NCBI RefSeq assembly: GCF_963506605.1
Contig: NC_083277.1
Coordinates: forward strand, 58,032,001-58,096,000
From: Zootoca vivipara
Lineage: Eukaryota
Length of the DNA: 64,000 bases
Direction of reading: 5' to 3'
Each line of letters begins with the position of its first letter. Positions within the stretch are counted from its first letter, which is position 1. The position numbers and the translations under genes are program-made. The notes under the pieces are model-generated. The model saw nothing but the letters and a program-made list of their open reading frames with translations. It was not told the origin of the DNA and made no database searches. This document shows positions 35,895-48,665 of the stretch, piece by piece.

Positions 35895-37850
35895 CTCATT
35901 TAACTCCCCCCCCCCATTTGCAAGAGTCTGGTAGGGTTGGAAGGGATCTTGAGTAATCTAGTCCATCCCTTCTGAAATATGGGGATCTCAACACTATCAT
36001 CGCCCTTTCAAAGCAGGATACACATACATTTGAGTACAGATGGCTAACTGGGAAGGAAACACGGGCTATGCCCTATCACGGAAGCACACATGTGTACTAA
36101 GGGAAAAGGAAGGAAGGGGAAGATTAAAAGTACCAACTTTACATGGAGGCCTTTAGCAAACCTGAGGGTTGGATAAACAGTTTTAAGAGGGAATTTACTT
36201 TCTCACTACCACCATTCTGTCCAACTGGACCAAGGTTAAACTGACTCAGATAGACATTTGCTGGCTATGGAGCCTCTACTTTTAATAACATTTCCCTAGA
36301 AGGAACACCATATTTCATAGTCACATGGTCCTAATACTTCCAAGGATTCCTCATAACAACAACACTCTTCTCTCAGAAGGAGACCTACCTAAGGCTTTAT
36401 GAAATATAGACACTGCATTTTAGCTTGCAAAGAGCTGTTGTGCTCAATGAAGCTGGTTGCAGCAGAAACATTACATACAGAGCACATGGCTCCCTTGTTA
36501 CACAGACCTTAAACATTGTGAGTTCACAAACAAACATTTTCAAAGTTACAATCTCCCTTTTCCTAGCTTCCTGCTCCCCCTTTCTGTACAGAAAGGGGTA
36601 GGTATACACACACACCCTCTTTTACTCTCTGGAGAAAGATTGGCCTTCTACAGCCTCTTACAACCAACAAACATTCACACACCACTTCCACCCTTTTTCA
36701 ATATTTGCCATGTTTTTGGGTTGATCAATCCCTTAACATAAAATTATTTAAGCAAGCTTGCATTATTATTATTTTTAAACTTTTTTTTTTTTAACTTAAG
36801 GAAGGCAGTCTGTAGAGGTCATGGCCAATTTTTAAACACAAACTCCTTACATTCCCAAACCTTGATTACATTTCTTATTTATTTCAAGGGAAACAACGAT
36901 CTCTAGCAGACACAAGGAACAGATGCACACACACTTAACAGACAAAACAAATAACAGACAACATGTAACGTGAAAACATATATATACCATTCCTATTGTT
37001 TCTCAGTCCTAAATAAAGTTACCTAGCTATTTCACAGAGTTTCTCCTGAGCCCTAGCTATCTGGTTTCCTCCCCAGACCTTTGGTGCTCACTTTTCCCGT
37101 TTCTCTTTGGGGTGCTTCCAACCACTCTGCCATGTCCTGCCTAATCCCTGTTAGGCTACCCCTCCTGGCAACCTCCTACCTATCGTCACAATCTTGAGAA
37201 ATAGGGGACCCTACTGGACGCCCACGCTTTGCGGTGCCAGATCAGGTACCCCCTTGGATAGAATTTTCGCTCCGGAATACCCCCCTTGCTTTTGGAAGCG
37301 GGCTCACGCACGATACACGTGTTACGTGGCTCGACCAGTGCGGCTGGGGTAAAGACAGGACAGAAAAGGCTTCAGCCTGCTGGCTGAAGTGGTTGAAAAA
37401 GAGCCTTTGGTCCCTTGCTTTTGGACAGGGCCTTCCTGCCAGGGCGGCTGACCAAAGGACCCCCACTCTTTTCTGGAAAAGGGGGGGTGGAGAAGCAACA
37501 GAGATAGAGCTCAGAACTCCCCTTTCGAGTTGAGCACGGCACACGGTCCGGAGAGACAGGACAGAAAGCACGATAGATAAGAGGGCAGAGAATTCAGTTG
37601 CCAGGAGATACCACCCCGCTACCACCAGTGCACTGGGTTTTAACCTTATACTCACACACTCCTCCGTGTTGATCCTGGGGATGAAGAAGCTGGCCGGCCG
37701 GTTCTTGCCTTTGCTCCCTGGCTGGGTCCTTCGAGACTTGCAGATTACCGCCTGGAGGATGGCCGAGGGTCCAAAGGGGTCTTCCCAGGCAAAAGGGCCT
37801 GGTGCCGGCTGAAGATCTTGGGGCCCTCAGTCAGCCACACAGGAGAACCG

Positions 37851-37871
37851 CAAGTCCCTGTTCGGGCGCCA
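37851..37871 (-). other. Primer binding site, tRNA-Lys3(UUU)
   Basis: Minus strand TGGCGCCCGAACAGGGACTTG, 2 nt from the 5' LTR. Canonical 18-nt Lys3 PBS plus 3 more tRNA-complementary bases. Confidence 0.95.
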
Positions 37872-37873
37872 AA

Positions 37874-38708
37874 TGTTAGGGCAAAATTCTGGGTGCGAGA
37901 ATGCTCAGCCACCCAGCTCATCAGGCAAGGGCCTGTGGTCGTTGCGGAGTATAAAAGGAAGGAGTCCAGCCATGATCCGGAGCAAACAGCAAGGTTTATT
38001 ACTGCGCAGCAGGTTCAATGCCAGACTGAACACTGTGAACAGGGCTGCAAGAACTTTTAAAACTTCCCACCACCATCCCATAATGCACATCGAAAGCATC
38101 ATACATACATCACTTGTGACAGGGTAAAAGGTCAGAAAAGGGGAAGGTGCAAGGGGCATTAGCATACAGGTAAACAGGAGGTAAGCAGGATTAGCATAAG
38201 GATGTCCCAGGACATTGTTAAGCAAGTACCAGTAAGTATCTGGGAAGGGATCCTTGAGTACCTGGTGGGGGGAAACAATGGGTCCAGTTGTGTGTATTGC
38301 CTCTGGCTTCGGAGGGTTGGGAATGGCAGGAGATGGTACCTGAATGGATTATGGATATGCAGAGGAGCACCACCCTGGCTACCTGACCTCTTGCTTAAGG
38401 GATTATGGCTGTTCCCTGCATCCCTGAGAGCCCTTGGCCAGAGTCGCAAAAAGGAGGTTTCATTTAGAAATAAAGATACACTGTATTCATTCATAAAGAA
38501 ATATGGTTACATAGAGTCTCAGGCAACAGAGAAAGGGTAGGAAAGGGAGCCTTTATTACTCAGGGCTTGATCTTGAGGGGTTCGTGTTGGTGCGATACTA
38601 GAGTGGTGTTGTAGGATCAAATGGGGTCCCCTTGAGGGCATTAGTGCCAATCTTGATTCCCAAATGAAGCCTCGTTTGGGTGCCCCCCCCCTATAAAATT
38701 CCCTAACA
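37874..38708 (-). repeat. 5' LTR
   Basis: Adjacent to the PBS. No difference from the 3' LTR by eye, and the three ORFs lying wholly inside the LTR translate identically in both copies. Confidence 0.97.
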
Positions 38709-40692
38709 CAAACTTATTGTGATATACCGGTAAGTCTTTTGTGGGTCAGAGCTCACTTTGTCACTGAGATATATGAAGTGGAATATGACTAAGTGAGCAC
38801 ATATGGTAGGTAAACCTACAAAAGAGAAGTAAATTGGTTTTGATCTGTGCTTCCCCCCCAAAATGTTAAGGATTGGCTTTTCCTGTGTGCATCTCCTCAC
38901 ATGCTTACATAAATGTGCGGCTTTCACCGCCAAATAAACACCCCCCCCTTTAGTTTGGTAGTGTCTTAACCTGTTGTCGCACCTTTGTTGGACAATGTCT
39001 TCTGTAGGGATGGGGAATGTCTGGCTTATTAATGGCTGTGCTTTTGACATTAGTGAAAACCAGCCTTTTCTATCAAGACTTTTGGGGGATTTGGCAAATT
39101 GGGTTTGTGGGCCATTGTGTTGGTTGTTGAGTGCTTTCATTGATTTATGTTGCTAGCCATCCTGGTTGTTGCTGCGTGTTCACTTTGTTTAGAAAAAGAG
39201 GCAGGATATATAAACTTTTAAATAAATCAAGTTAAACAGCAAAATACTGCTATAGAGCTGGCATAGTACTATGCAAAACATGCAGCAGCAGCAGCAGCAA
39301 CAACAACAATTTTTCCAGAGAATGTTTGCCTGGCTTGGTCTCATCCTGAGTTAGTATCAGTTGTTGCACTTCTAAAGGGGAAAAAAATCATAGCTCTTTT
39401 GTTGGACTTTACTCTTTAATGATTGTGGTTTGACATGGTAGCATGTTATCAACAGTTCTAAGAATTTTGGCTAGGAAGTGGTCTGTAAATAAGATTCTTT
39501 TGCTGCTTAAAAATATTATTTTGAAAATCTTTTTTTTAAGCAACTCTTAGGTGAAATGACTGCATAGAGGGCAGCTCTGAATCACTTGTATTAAAAAAAC
39601 CCTGCCTTGAAAACTAGCTGTGTGATAGAGAGGTCTTGACATAATAATGACTTTGGTCTTACTTGCACATACAAAAGGCCAAGTCAATATTTTAGGGCTT
39701 GCTTGATCTTGTAAATTTCCTAAGTGACCACACACAGTGCAGAAGGTAGACCAGCAAACAGACTTTTCAAACAAACAGTACCACACAAACTGTGCTAGAT
39801 TTAGCTAAGTGCATTGCAAGAAGTTTTGTCAGCATCAAGAAAATGTCAAATGCCCACACTCAGTCCTTTCCTCCCCCTCTTATCCACCCAGTGATACTAA
39901 AGATACAGATAATAAGTGCTAAAAGGTTTCCTATCTTGAGCCTGTTGTTGTTTGTTTACATCAGGAATGGGGCTTGTATCTCCCACCATCCCTGATTATA
40001 TAGGTCATGCTGCCTGAGGCTGAGGGAGTGGTAGTCTAACAATACCTGGTTTATATGATCAAGTTCTATATCATAACTCTTCAGGGAATATACATGATGT
40101 ATAATCTGTTGTTTGAAGTACTAATTCTACATTTATTTCACTGAAAATACCTGAGCAGTTAAGTTATGGCCTGGAACCTGGACCAGGAGTTGCTTGGTGT
40201 ATCTGTTGGCATCTGTTGATGGTCCTGCCATCTCTACCATAGAACCAGCTCATTTTTTGTACCTGTCTGTATGGCATTCTACCTCCCTCCCACAACACCC
40301 ACCATGTTCTGAATTATTTCCCACTTACAACTTACCAAGCTAAGGTAATGCCCACAAGGTATGGGGACGTTACCTGCGGAATTCATCCCCCTCTAAGGCT
40401 AACCCTATTGCTCCATTGCATAACACAGTGGGAATCTGTTGCCCCATAGCAACTTAGCAGTTGCCTTTGCTCAACAGAGATGCTGTTTTTTCCTGACTAG
40501 CAATCAAATGACATGAGAGCATTATGCTGCCACTGTTCATTCCCATGGGGTGATAAAGCAGCCAGTTACCCCCATATGCCATGGAGCAAATGATTGGCCA
40601 TGGCCCTAGATCCATCCCAGAAAGTACTGACTGTTGGCAAGCAATTCCTTCCTCTGGGTGGAGATGAGGAATAGATTGGTGCTTTGCTCTCA

Positions 40693-40955
40693 AGTAAAGG
40701 TAAAGGTAAAGGGACCCCTGACCATTAGGTCCAGTCGTGACCGACTCTGGGGTATCGGCGCTCATATTGCGTTATTGGCCGAGGGAGCTGGCGTACAGCT
40801 TCCAGGTCATGTGGCCAGCATGAAAAAGCTGCTTCTGGCAAACCAGAGCAGCACACGGAAACACCGTTTACCTTCCCGCTGTATCTACTTGCACTTTGCC
40901 ATGCTTTCAAACTGCTAGGTTGGCAGGAGCTGGGACCGAACAATGGGAGCTCACC
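40693..40955 (-). mobile_element. Sauria SINE (5'-truncated)
   Basis: (ACCTTT)n tail on the minus strand and typical body (gggagctggcgtacagcttcc, ccagagcagcacacggaaac). Confidence 0.88.
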
Positions 40956-41367
40956 TCACTTAGTGCAAATGTGCTTTACACTACTGTAACAGCACTTACA
41001 AAGAAATGTTTTGTCATCTGACCCCACTGCCTGTCAAGCAAAATAGGGAGAGCAGCTGCAATTCTGCACCTTGTCAGCTCTACTCAGAGGGTGAGTGTTC
41101 TGGGTTCTGGTGGCTTTGTAGTGCTATGTGGGTAATTATGCACATCACAATTAAAATAATAAGCCTGGGTTCATAGCAGAAGCTAAAATACAAATAGTAC
41201 CAACTGCCTGTCCCTGAGCTTTATTATATGTCATCTTTGGCTGCTTGATTTCAGGATGCCGCCCATCAAAGCGGGAATATGGACCTTCTGTTATGGTTTG
41301 CTCCTGGTTTTTAGCTTGAAAAGTAATTCTTATTTTTCTATCTCCTTAAAAAGAAAACTTGATGCAC

Positions 41368-41440
41368 TGAGTGAAGTGGATTGCAGCCCACAAAAGTTTG
41401 CCACAATAAAGTTGTTGGTCTTTAAAAGTGTAACAGGCCT
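41368..41440 (+). mobile_element. Older degenerate Penelope-like terminus
   Basis: ctgagtgaagtggattgcagcccacaaaag...aataaagttgttggtctttaaaagtg resembles the same terminus with a decayed hammerhead core. Confidence 0.45.
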
Positions 41441-42606
41441 CTCTTTGTTTCTTGTGTGTATATGTGTCTACCTGTCTTCCGAAGTTGTGGAAAGCCTTAA
41501 GGAAGTCCTTGTTGGAAGAAACAGATATGAAGTTCAGTTTTGCCAGAGAGGTTGTGGAATGGACAGGGGAAATCCAGGCATGATTTATAACAACTGTGGG
41601 GCGACTGCTGGCACGGTAACTGAATGGGGAACAATTTACTTCAGCCTGGTTCAAGATAGTAGGTTACAGTACTTTGTCCCCAGTAAACACCTGATAGAAA
41701 TGCCTGCAATTCTCATCTTTGTTGCCAGTCCTGATGGGAGAGGCAGTGAATGGAAAGAGCTGTGAGAACTTTACTGTGCATCCTAACAGGAGATCTCTTG
41801 GAGGAAATGCCAAACAGTCGAGCCTGCTGTTGCACCGGCTTGATAGGGATATTTCAGAAATGCTCCTTCTTAACAGCACAGTTGTGGCTTTTGTTATTCT
41901 CATGATGGACTGTATCCTTTCAGTGTTGGCAGCAATATGGGCTCCTTGCATGCCACCCTCAGCCTCTACCCACAATGTGGGCTGCAGAGAGTGCTTAGTG
42001 TTCACTGTGGCCATGGCACAGGGATGGTCAACCTTTGATTCTCCTGAGGTTATTGGAGTCCAGTTCCATAATCCCTGACCATTGACCATTCAGGCTGAGG
42101 CTGATGGGAGTCCAACAATCTCTGGAGGGACTGCAGCTTCTTCTTTATTCTCTTCTGTCCCGAGAGAGACCATGTCCCTTCTGAACTTTGCCATGCACAT
42201 CAATTGTGGCACAATGCTGATATGGAAAGAAGCTAGCACACTTGTCATATCAGCACTGTGCAAGGCGTTCAATATTTCATATACAGTCTGTGCAAATGCA
42301 CTCTGTATTTTCTCAGGGCCTGCCTGTCTAGAAGGCTGGTTTGAACTGGCAGGTGAGTGTGCATTCATCTTGAGTTCCTCCCCTTCATTTGACATGTGCC
42401 AGTACAGCATGTACACATCACATCCTGTACAGGATGTGCGCCCAGTCCCCATGGGCCTAGCTCTCCTAAGCCTTATTTGCATGCCCACAGCAATGCTATG
42501 TCAGTGAGTTTAAGTGCCAGGAAAACTGTCCCCTAAGCTGCACTCCCTTCTTTCCCTCCCACCCTCCCTTCTAGTGCTAGTTGCATCTGCTGACTTCTGT
42601 TTCAGT

Positions 42607-42700
42607 GTATCTGAAGAAGTGTGCATGCACACGAAAGCTCATACCAATGACAAACTTAGTTGGTCTCTAAGGTGCTGCTGGAAGGATTTTTTTTATTTTT
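42607..42700 (+). mobile_element. Penelope-like terminal fragment with hammerhead core
   Basis: gtatctgaagaagtgtgcatgcacacgaaagctcataccaatg...taaggtgctgctggaagga. Confidence 0.75.
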
Positions 42701-45683
42701 TAGCATGATGTCACCTTCATTGTCCCTTCTTTCCCAATAGTCAGGCACAGTTTGTTCCTTAGCTGCATTGGCTATGCCTCTCCACGTTTGGCTTTCCAGT
42801 AGTTTGGGAGCATGTTAAGGTAGCCAACAATAGCCTTTGTGTTCTGGCCTTATATAAATTACCTGGACGAAGGTGTGGTATTTGCACTTGTCAAAGGAAA
42901 GTGCTTTCTCAACGGGAGTGAGGGCTAATCATACAAGTGTTTGGAGAAGCCCCTTGCTTGCTAGGTGTGTGATTACAAAGGATGTGGGAGGAAGAGCCTT
43001 AATATAGTACATTATTGGGTAGATCAGTCTTTTCCCACCTGGTGCGCTCTAGTTTTGGACTACAAGTCTTATCAGCCTCAGTCACCTGTGACCAGTGGTC
43101 CAGGATTATGGGAGTTGTAGTACAAAATATCTGGAGGGTGCCAGGTCTGGGAAGGCTGGTTAAACTTAATTTATTTGCTACATTTGTATCCCACTGTTCC
43201 TATGAGAAGAGCAGAATAGTATTGTATCCTCCAAGCAACTGTATTGATAGTCCGTGTTGACGTTGGGTTGCAGATGGCCTGGCTATGTAACTTATACATG
43301 GGATGGGGCTTGGAGGGGAGTGAGTCTTTGGCTCATATACCCACCCTACTAAGCACAAACCTTGCCAAATGAACTTGAGTTCATGTGAGCAGACCATACT
43401 CATATGATCTCTCCAGCCACCTACAGAAAAGTGATGGGTTGTGGCATATTTAGAGTTGACATTTAAATATTCCAGATGCAGTTGGAGGGGGTGTCTGGAT
43501 TCACGGTTCACCCCCCACGCACCATTCCATGTATAGCTTATGACCCCATACGTCATTCATCAATTACAGCATTTGCCAACCTGGTGCTCTCCAAAGGTTT
43601 TGGAATCCCAACTTGCATCAGCCCCAGCCAGCGCGGCTGTAGTCCATAACATCTGGCGGGGCATTAGGTTGTCAGTGGCTGATCTGGGGAGGGGGGTTAA
43701 GTGTTCCCTACTTGTTAGAGCACAACTTGCTTTAGCCGAGGAATGCTGGAAGTGGAGCTTGTTGCTTTGGTATTCCCCCACACCCATTTAATGCTGAAGT
43801 CTGATAAAAAGATAAATGGCACAGTCTCCCCTTTCATTGAGGACTAAATCTGGCTTGTAAAAAACGACGGTAGAAGTGACGTTCCCTTCAGCAGCTGCTG
43901 CTGAATGACATGGTTTATGGCTCCCATTTTCAGGCAACGTGTAATAACAAACAAGAGCAGGGGAGGGGAGGAGGATGATCTGAGGCTTGTGCAGGGGCAA
44001 TACTTGCTCCTTGAGACTGCCTTGTTTCCTTTGCCTGTGACAGATGCTGCCCCAATGCAAGGAATTGATTGGGCAGTAAAGCCCAAAGTCTTGCTAACCA
44101 GGGGGGGGGGTGCAGTACAGGATAAGATGGTGGATTTCTTGGTATTAAGTGGAAGGGAGTTTTTAAGAGAGATTCGATTAGTCCCGTTTTATGAACCCGT
44201 TGGAAGAATGGAAGAGCGATGAGTGTGGGATGGTTAAAGAAGCCTAGAAACGTGGATGCTTACTGTTGAGATATGCTGGCTACCGTGAGCCCATGTGCTT
44301 GGCAAACAACACCAGCAGATGCCACCCTGTTTGCACTGGGCCTTGACTAATGAAAGGCAGTTTCCTGATTTCCTTAGTTATTCTGACACATCCCACTGCT
44401 TTGCTGGAATAAGAACTACTTGGCATAGGCAGGATCCTCTATTAAACTAGTGAACTGCAAGAGTTCCAGGATAAATGTTTACACTTTTCTCCTTTTTAAA
44501 TGTGAAGGCTGTGTGCACTTAAAATAATAATTATGTGGCAAGATTTCCCAGCTTTCATGTAGAAAAAGCCCAAACCCTGCAACCTGCATAAGGAAAATAA
44601 TATTGAGTGTATTTACATTATATTTTGTTTAATTTGTCCCATTTCTCCTGTTCATGGGAGACTGAAGAGGCATGCAAAAATGTCAAGTTAGAACTTATCC
44701 AAACCTCCAGGAGAATGCTTTGAAGCTGCCCAATGCTTATGGGACCCCCTCCCCTCAGTTCCTTATTTGTAATTGTCATCTGGAGTTATCACACATTTAA
44801 TGCAAGTTGTGCAATACCGGTAACATTTTTGATTGGAGCAAATCACTGTCAGTCTTGAAGAGCGTAGTCTCCCAGTCATGGGGATACATGATAATAGGGT
44901 TTAGGGCATATAAACTTTCCTTGCTTGTTACATTTGCTGATTAAGATGTGTTTTGAACAGGGAACTAGCAATCAACTTCTCAATTGTTCTTACGCTAGGT
45001 TTTCCCACCTCCTTTTCAAATCTATCCTTGCTGTCCTCAAGGTTTGTCTCTTGACTTACCTATTTTTTAAAAAGCTGGAATTTTGTGCTCTGTATCACAT
45101 AGGTTTCCCTGTGCCTGCACAGAATATATGCAGCCCAACTTGGGGTACCTCTTCTACATTCCTTTAAGGACTCTGCTTGCCACAAAGCATAGGTTATCTA
45201 TTGGAAGGTCCTTCTGATGTAAAACCTGAGGACTGGCTTTCCTTTTATAGTCCCCACACTATGTAGCGACTTGCAATAAAATGCATTGAATGAAAGTTGA
45301 CTTGCATGACACATAGGAACAGGAGGAGGAGACCTCCATGTTTGAGGGCAAAAGCAAAGATAATTTCCCACCACCCGCATTTAATTAGGACCAAAAACAC
45401 ATTTTTGACCATGGAGAGGTTCTGGTATAAATTGTTTTTTGCTGAAGTAAAGGAGATATTGGGCTGAACATTTCCTCTGTGAACTCAGAGCTTAAATACA
45501 AACCATGTTAGATCAGAGAATTCTTAAGAAATGCTGATGGAATCCAAACAGTCTAATCCTTTTGCTGAACTGGCCTTATGATGCATATTCTTGCTTTACA
45601 GAGTGTTTGTAGAATTGCTGTGGGAAGCAGGGGGGTCTGCTCAGTTCGTTAACAGTGGATTCCTGAAAACTGATATATATATT

Positions 45684-45980
45684 AGGATGCTGGATAGTCA
45701 GTTGGTCAGAGCATGGTGCTACTAACTCCAAGGTTGCAGGTACAATCCCCGTATGGGACAGTTGCATATTCCTGCATTGCAGGGGGTTGGACTAGATCAG
45801 GCATGGCCAAACTTGGCCCTCCAGATGTTCTGGGACTAAAATTCCCATCACCCCTGACCACTGGTCCTGTTAGCTAGGGATGATGGGAGTTGTAGTCCCA
45901 AAATATCTGGAGGGTCAAGTTTGGCCATGCCTGGACTCGATGATCCTTAGGGTCCCTTCTAACTCTACAATTCTATGATT
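45684..45980 (+). mobile_element. Squam2-like SINE (tRNA head with CR1 tail) carrying a hAT MITE at 45798-45933
   Basis: tRNA-like head, CR1-type tail ggactagat...ggtcccttctaactctacaattctatgatt. MITE TIR caggcatggccaaactt with TSD gactagat/gactcgat. Confidence 0.85.
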
Positions 45981-46619
45981 GGCATGGAAGATGGATCTGG
46001 TTTCCTTTGGATCAGCTAGTGCCTGATTGCCAGGATGCTTGCAAAGAATGCTAGTCTAGGTAGACCTTGACTCGATCTAGCAAGGCACTTCTTATCCTCT
46101 TAAGAAAAATCTGCTTGTTGGCACTGTGGATTTGGTGGGGTTTTTGCGGGTGTATTGTGCAACAATAGTGCTTTATACTGGACTGTCCGTACATCATTCA
46201 GCTTTATTCTGTGATGTTTCCCCAATGTTGCATATTATTGCCATCTGGAAGGGGAACTCTTATTGAGCTATAGTGCAACAAATGCAGATAACCTCCCCCC
46301 CACTCCCCCCAAAACCACCCAACCCTGAAACATCTGTGGTATGAAAAATTACAGGAATTCAGCAGGAAGCTTTCCAATTGGAAACTAAGTAGTATGATCA
46401 CCCCAAAACTTCTGCGGGCACAAATAGAACTGAATTTGGGACCATGTTTAAACCACGCTGATACTGTGATGAGCACAAAAAAAAATCATGAATGCAGCAT
46501 AAAAGGACATAAGGAGAGTTCCCATTGCTGTGTGTAGACTAGTTGTGTTTTTTGTTAAGAGATGCGGAGTATGTACTCCAGCTTTGTAAACTAATTGCTG
46601 TATGCAATTTTCTGGGGTT

Positions 46620-47350
46620 ATTTTATTTATTTATGTTGTTATATCCCAACCATTCTCCCAAAGGAATCCGAACTATTCCAGTATAGATGAAGACTGGGAA
46701 AGATCTTGGCTTAAAAGATTTGTTGCAAGAGGAAGGTATTCAGTAGGCACTAGAAAAAGACAACAGAGATAGTAATTGTATCATATTCCTCAAGGGGAGG
46801 GAAGTCCAAAGGGAAGGTGCCACAAGACGAAATGCATAATAATCCTATATTATGCAGAATGGACCTCTTGAGAAGATGGTATTTGCAGGAGGCTCCTACT
46901 TGCAGGGGGTAGTGATCTATTGGGCACATAAGTGGTTGAGATGATCTTTCAGGTATCCTGGTCCTAGGCTGTGTAGGGCTTTGTACGTCAAAACCAACAC
47001 ATTGAACTTGACCCAGAAGCTAATTGGCAGCCTGTGCAAATCTTTCAAGAGTTGGGTAAAATGGTGACAATATCTTGCCCAAGTGAACAGTCAAGCTGCT
47101 GCATTTTGCACCAGCTGCAGCTTCTGGACCAACCTCAAGGGCTGCCCCACGCACAGTGCATTGCAGTAATCCAGCCAGGAGGTTATCAGTGCATGGATGA
47201 CAGTGGTAGGTTGCCATGGTCCAGAAATGACCATAGTTGTTTTATCAATCAAAGGCGATAAAAGGCACTCCTAGTTACTGAGGTCAGCTTGGCCTCTAGA
47301 GGAAAGTGGATTTGGGAGCACCCACAGACTTCAAACCTGCTCTTTCAGGA
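46620..47350 (-). mobile_element. L2 LINE 3' fragment
   Basis: Minus-strand VIHALITSWLDYCNALCVGQPLRLVQKLQLVQNAAA, a typical L2 RT C-terminal motif. Confidence 0.8.
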
Positions 47351-48425
47351 AAGAGCAAGACCCCATCCAAAATATGCATTTTGCCTAGTTATCGCATCAC
47401 CAGGATTCAGACCAAGTTTGCTGTCTTTCGTTATTTAATGCCTTAGTTGTTAATAGCTGGTTTTGTACTTTGGTGTTTTTCAGGCTTTTGTATTTAATCT
47501 AGATATATCATAGTCTTTGTTTTGTAAGCTACTTAGGATACACTTTTGTACAATAGCAGGATTGAAATAATAGGTCTGTTTAACAGGCATGTTTAAGCAT
47601 ACTGGGGTTCAAAAATGAGTTTGGTTCTTTTTTTGTGTACGATGGGTGAAAAGGCGTCTGCAAAAATGAAGGTGTTACTCGGTATCAGCTCCTGCACAGA
47701 TGATAATGACTGAAAGCTTTTCCTATGAATAGCTTTGTGAGCTGGCTGTTGGTATTGAAGCGTTTTCTTATGTCCTTTACATATTTAGAAATAGTGTCAA
47801 TATTGTTAGTTCTGTAGTTCATACACCTTGGTATCACCTCCATCTGCGGCAGGTACTGCCCCTAGCATTGCAATTCTATCCATACTCTGACTCGTGGCCT
47901 CAAACTGGCCAGGTGACAACCTTGCTTAGGTCTGACAGTAGTGAGTGTCAAGTGGGTCACACCCTTTCTATAGTTAAGCGCTAGCTTTTCGGGACAATCT
48001 TTTCCAAGTTGCTCAGAGCAGAGGGAGCGGGCCATATCTCTGTAATTGTTATTTTGGTAAAAATCCATGGTATCCACTTTTGCTGTGTGGTGTGCTGTTA
48101 ACATGGCTGTCCCTATTTTCAAAAGTATTTATATACTGCCAACACATACAAAATATCAGGGTGGTGTACAATAAAACACGGGGGGAAATGCTGTAAAATG
48201 GGCATTAAAATGACTGGCTACTGAAAAAAATGTAAACAGCTGCATAAGCCTGTTGGCATAAAAAGGCCTTCAGGAGGATCCTCAGCATGCGGCTGGTGAC
48301 ACTGAGTCTAGGCAAGCTTTGGACTTACACACTCTTCCTTTTGCCATGAGGAACTTGTAGTTCTCATTTAGTTTCTCCATAGCTTGCTGTGTCATCTGAA
48401 CATGGCAAAGTTGGTTAATCTTACC

Positions 48426-48665
48426 CAGGGGTCAGCAAACTTTTTCAGCAGGGGGCCAGTCCACTGTCCCTCAGACCTTGTGGGGGGCCAGGCTATATTT
48501 TGGGGGGAAATTCCTATGCCCCACAAATAACCCAGAGATGCATTTTAAATAAAAGGACACATTCTACTCATGTAAAAACACTCTGATTCCCGCACCGTCC
48601 ATGGACTGGATTTAGAAGGCAATTGGGCCAGATCTGGCCCCCAGGCCTTAGTTTGCCTACCCATG
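48426..48665. mobile_element. hAT MITE
   Basis: TIRs caggggtcagcaaact / agtttgcctacccatg, perfect TSD atcttacc. Confidence 0.88.

Larger units (their letters stand above)
29065..38708 (-). mobile_element. Endogenous retrovirus, non-autonomous provirus (gamma-type env relic), 9644 bp
   Basis: Two 835-bp LTRs (TGTTAGGG...CCCTAACA), 5-bp TSD CAAAC (29060-29064 and 38709-38713), PBS, PPT, env and integrase relics, all on the minus strand. Confidence 0.97.

Noticed and set aside
33300-37850. gag, protease or RT remnants in the ERV interior
   Set aside because: I found no MHR, CCHC zinc knuckle, DTG or YxDD motif by eye or in the ORF track. Very decayed traces would need a tBLASTn or HMM search.
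41256-42507. Cluster of 100-170 aa ORFs as a gene or RNF44 exons
   Set aside because: No recognisable domain, no similarity to RNF44/RNF38 as I recall them, and no consistent splice structure.
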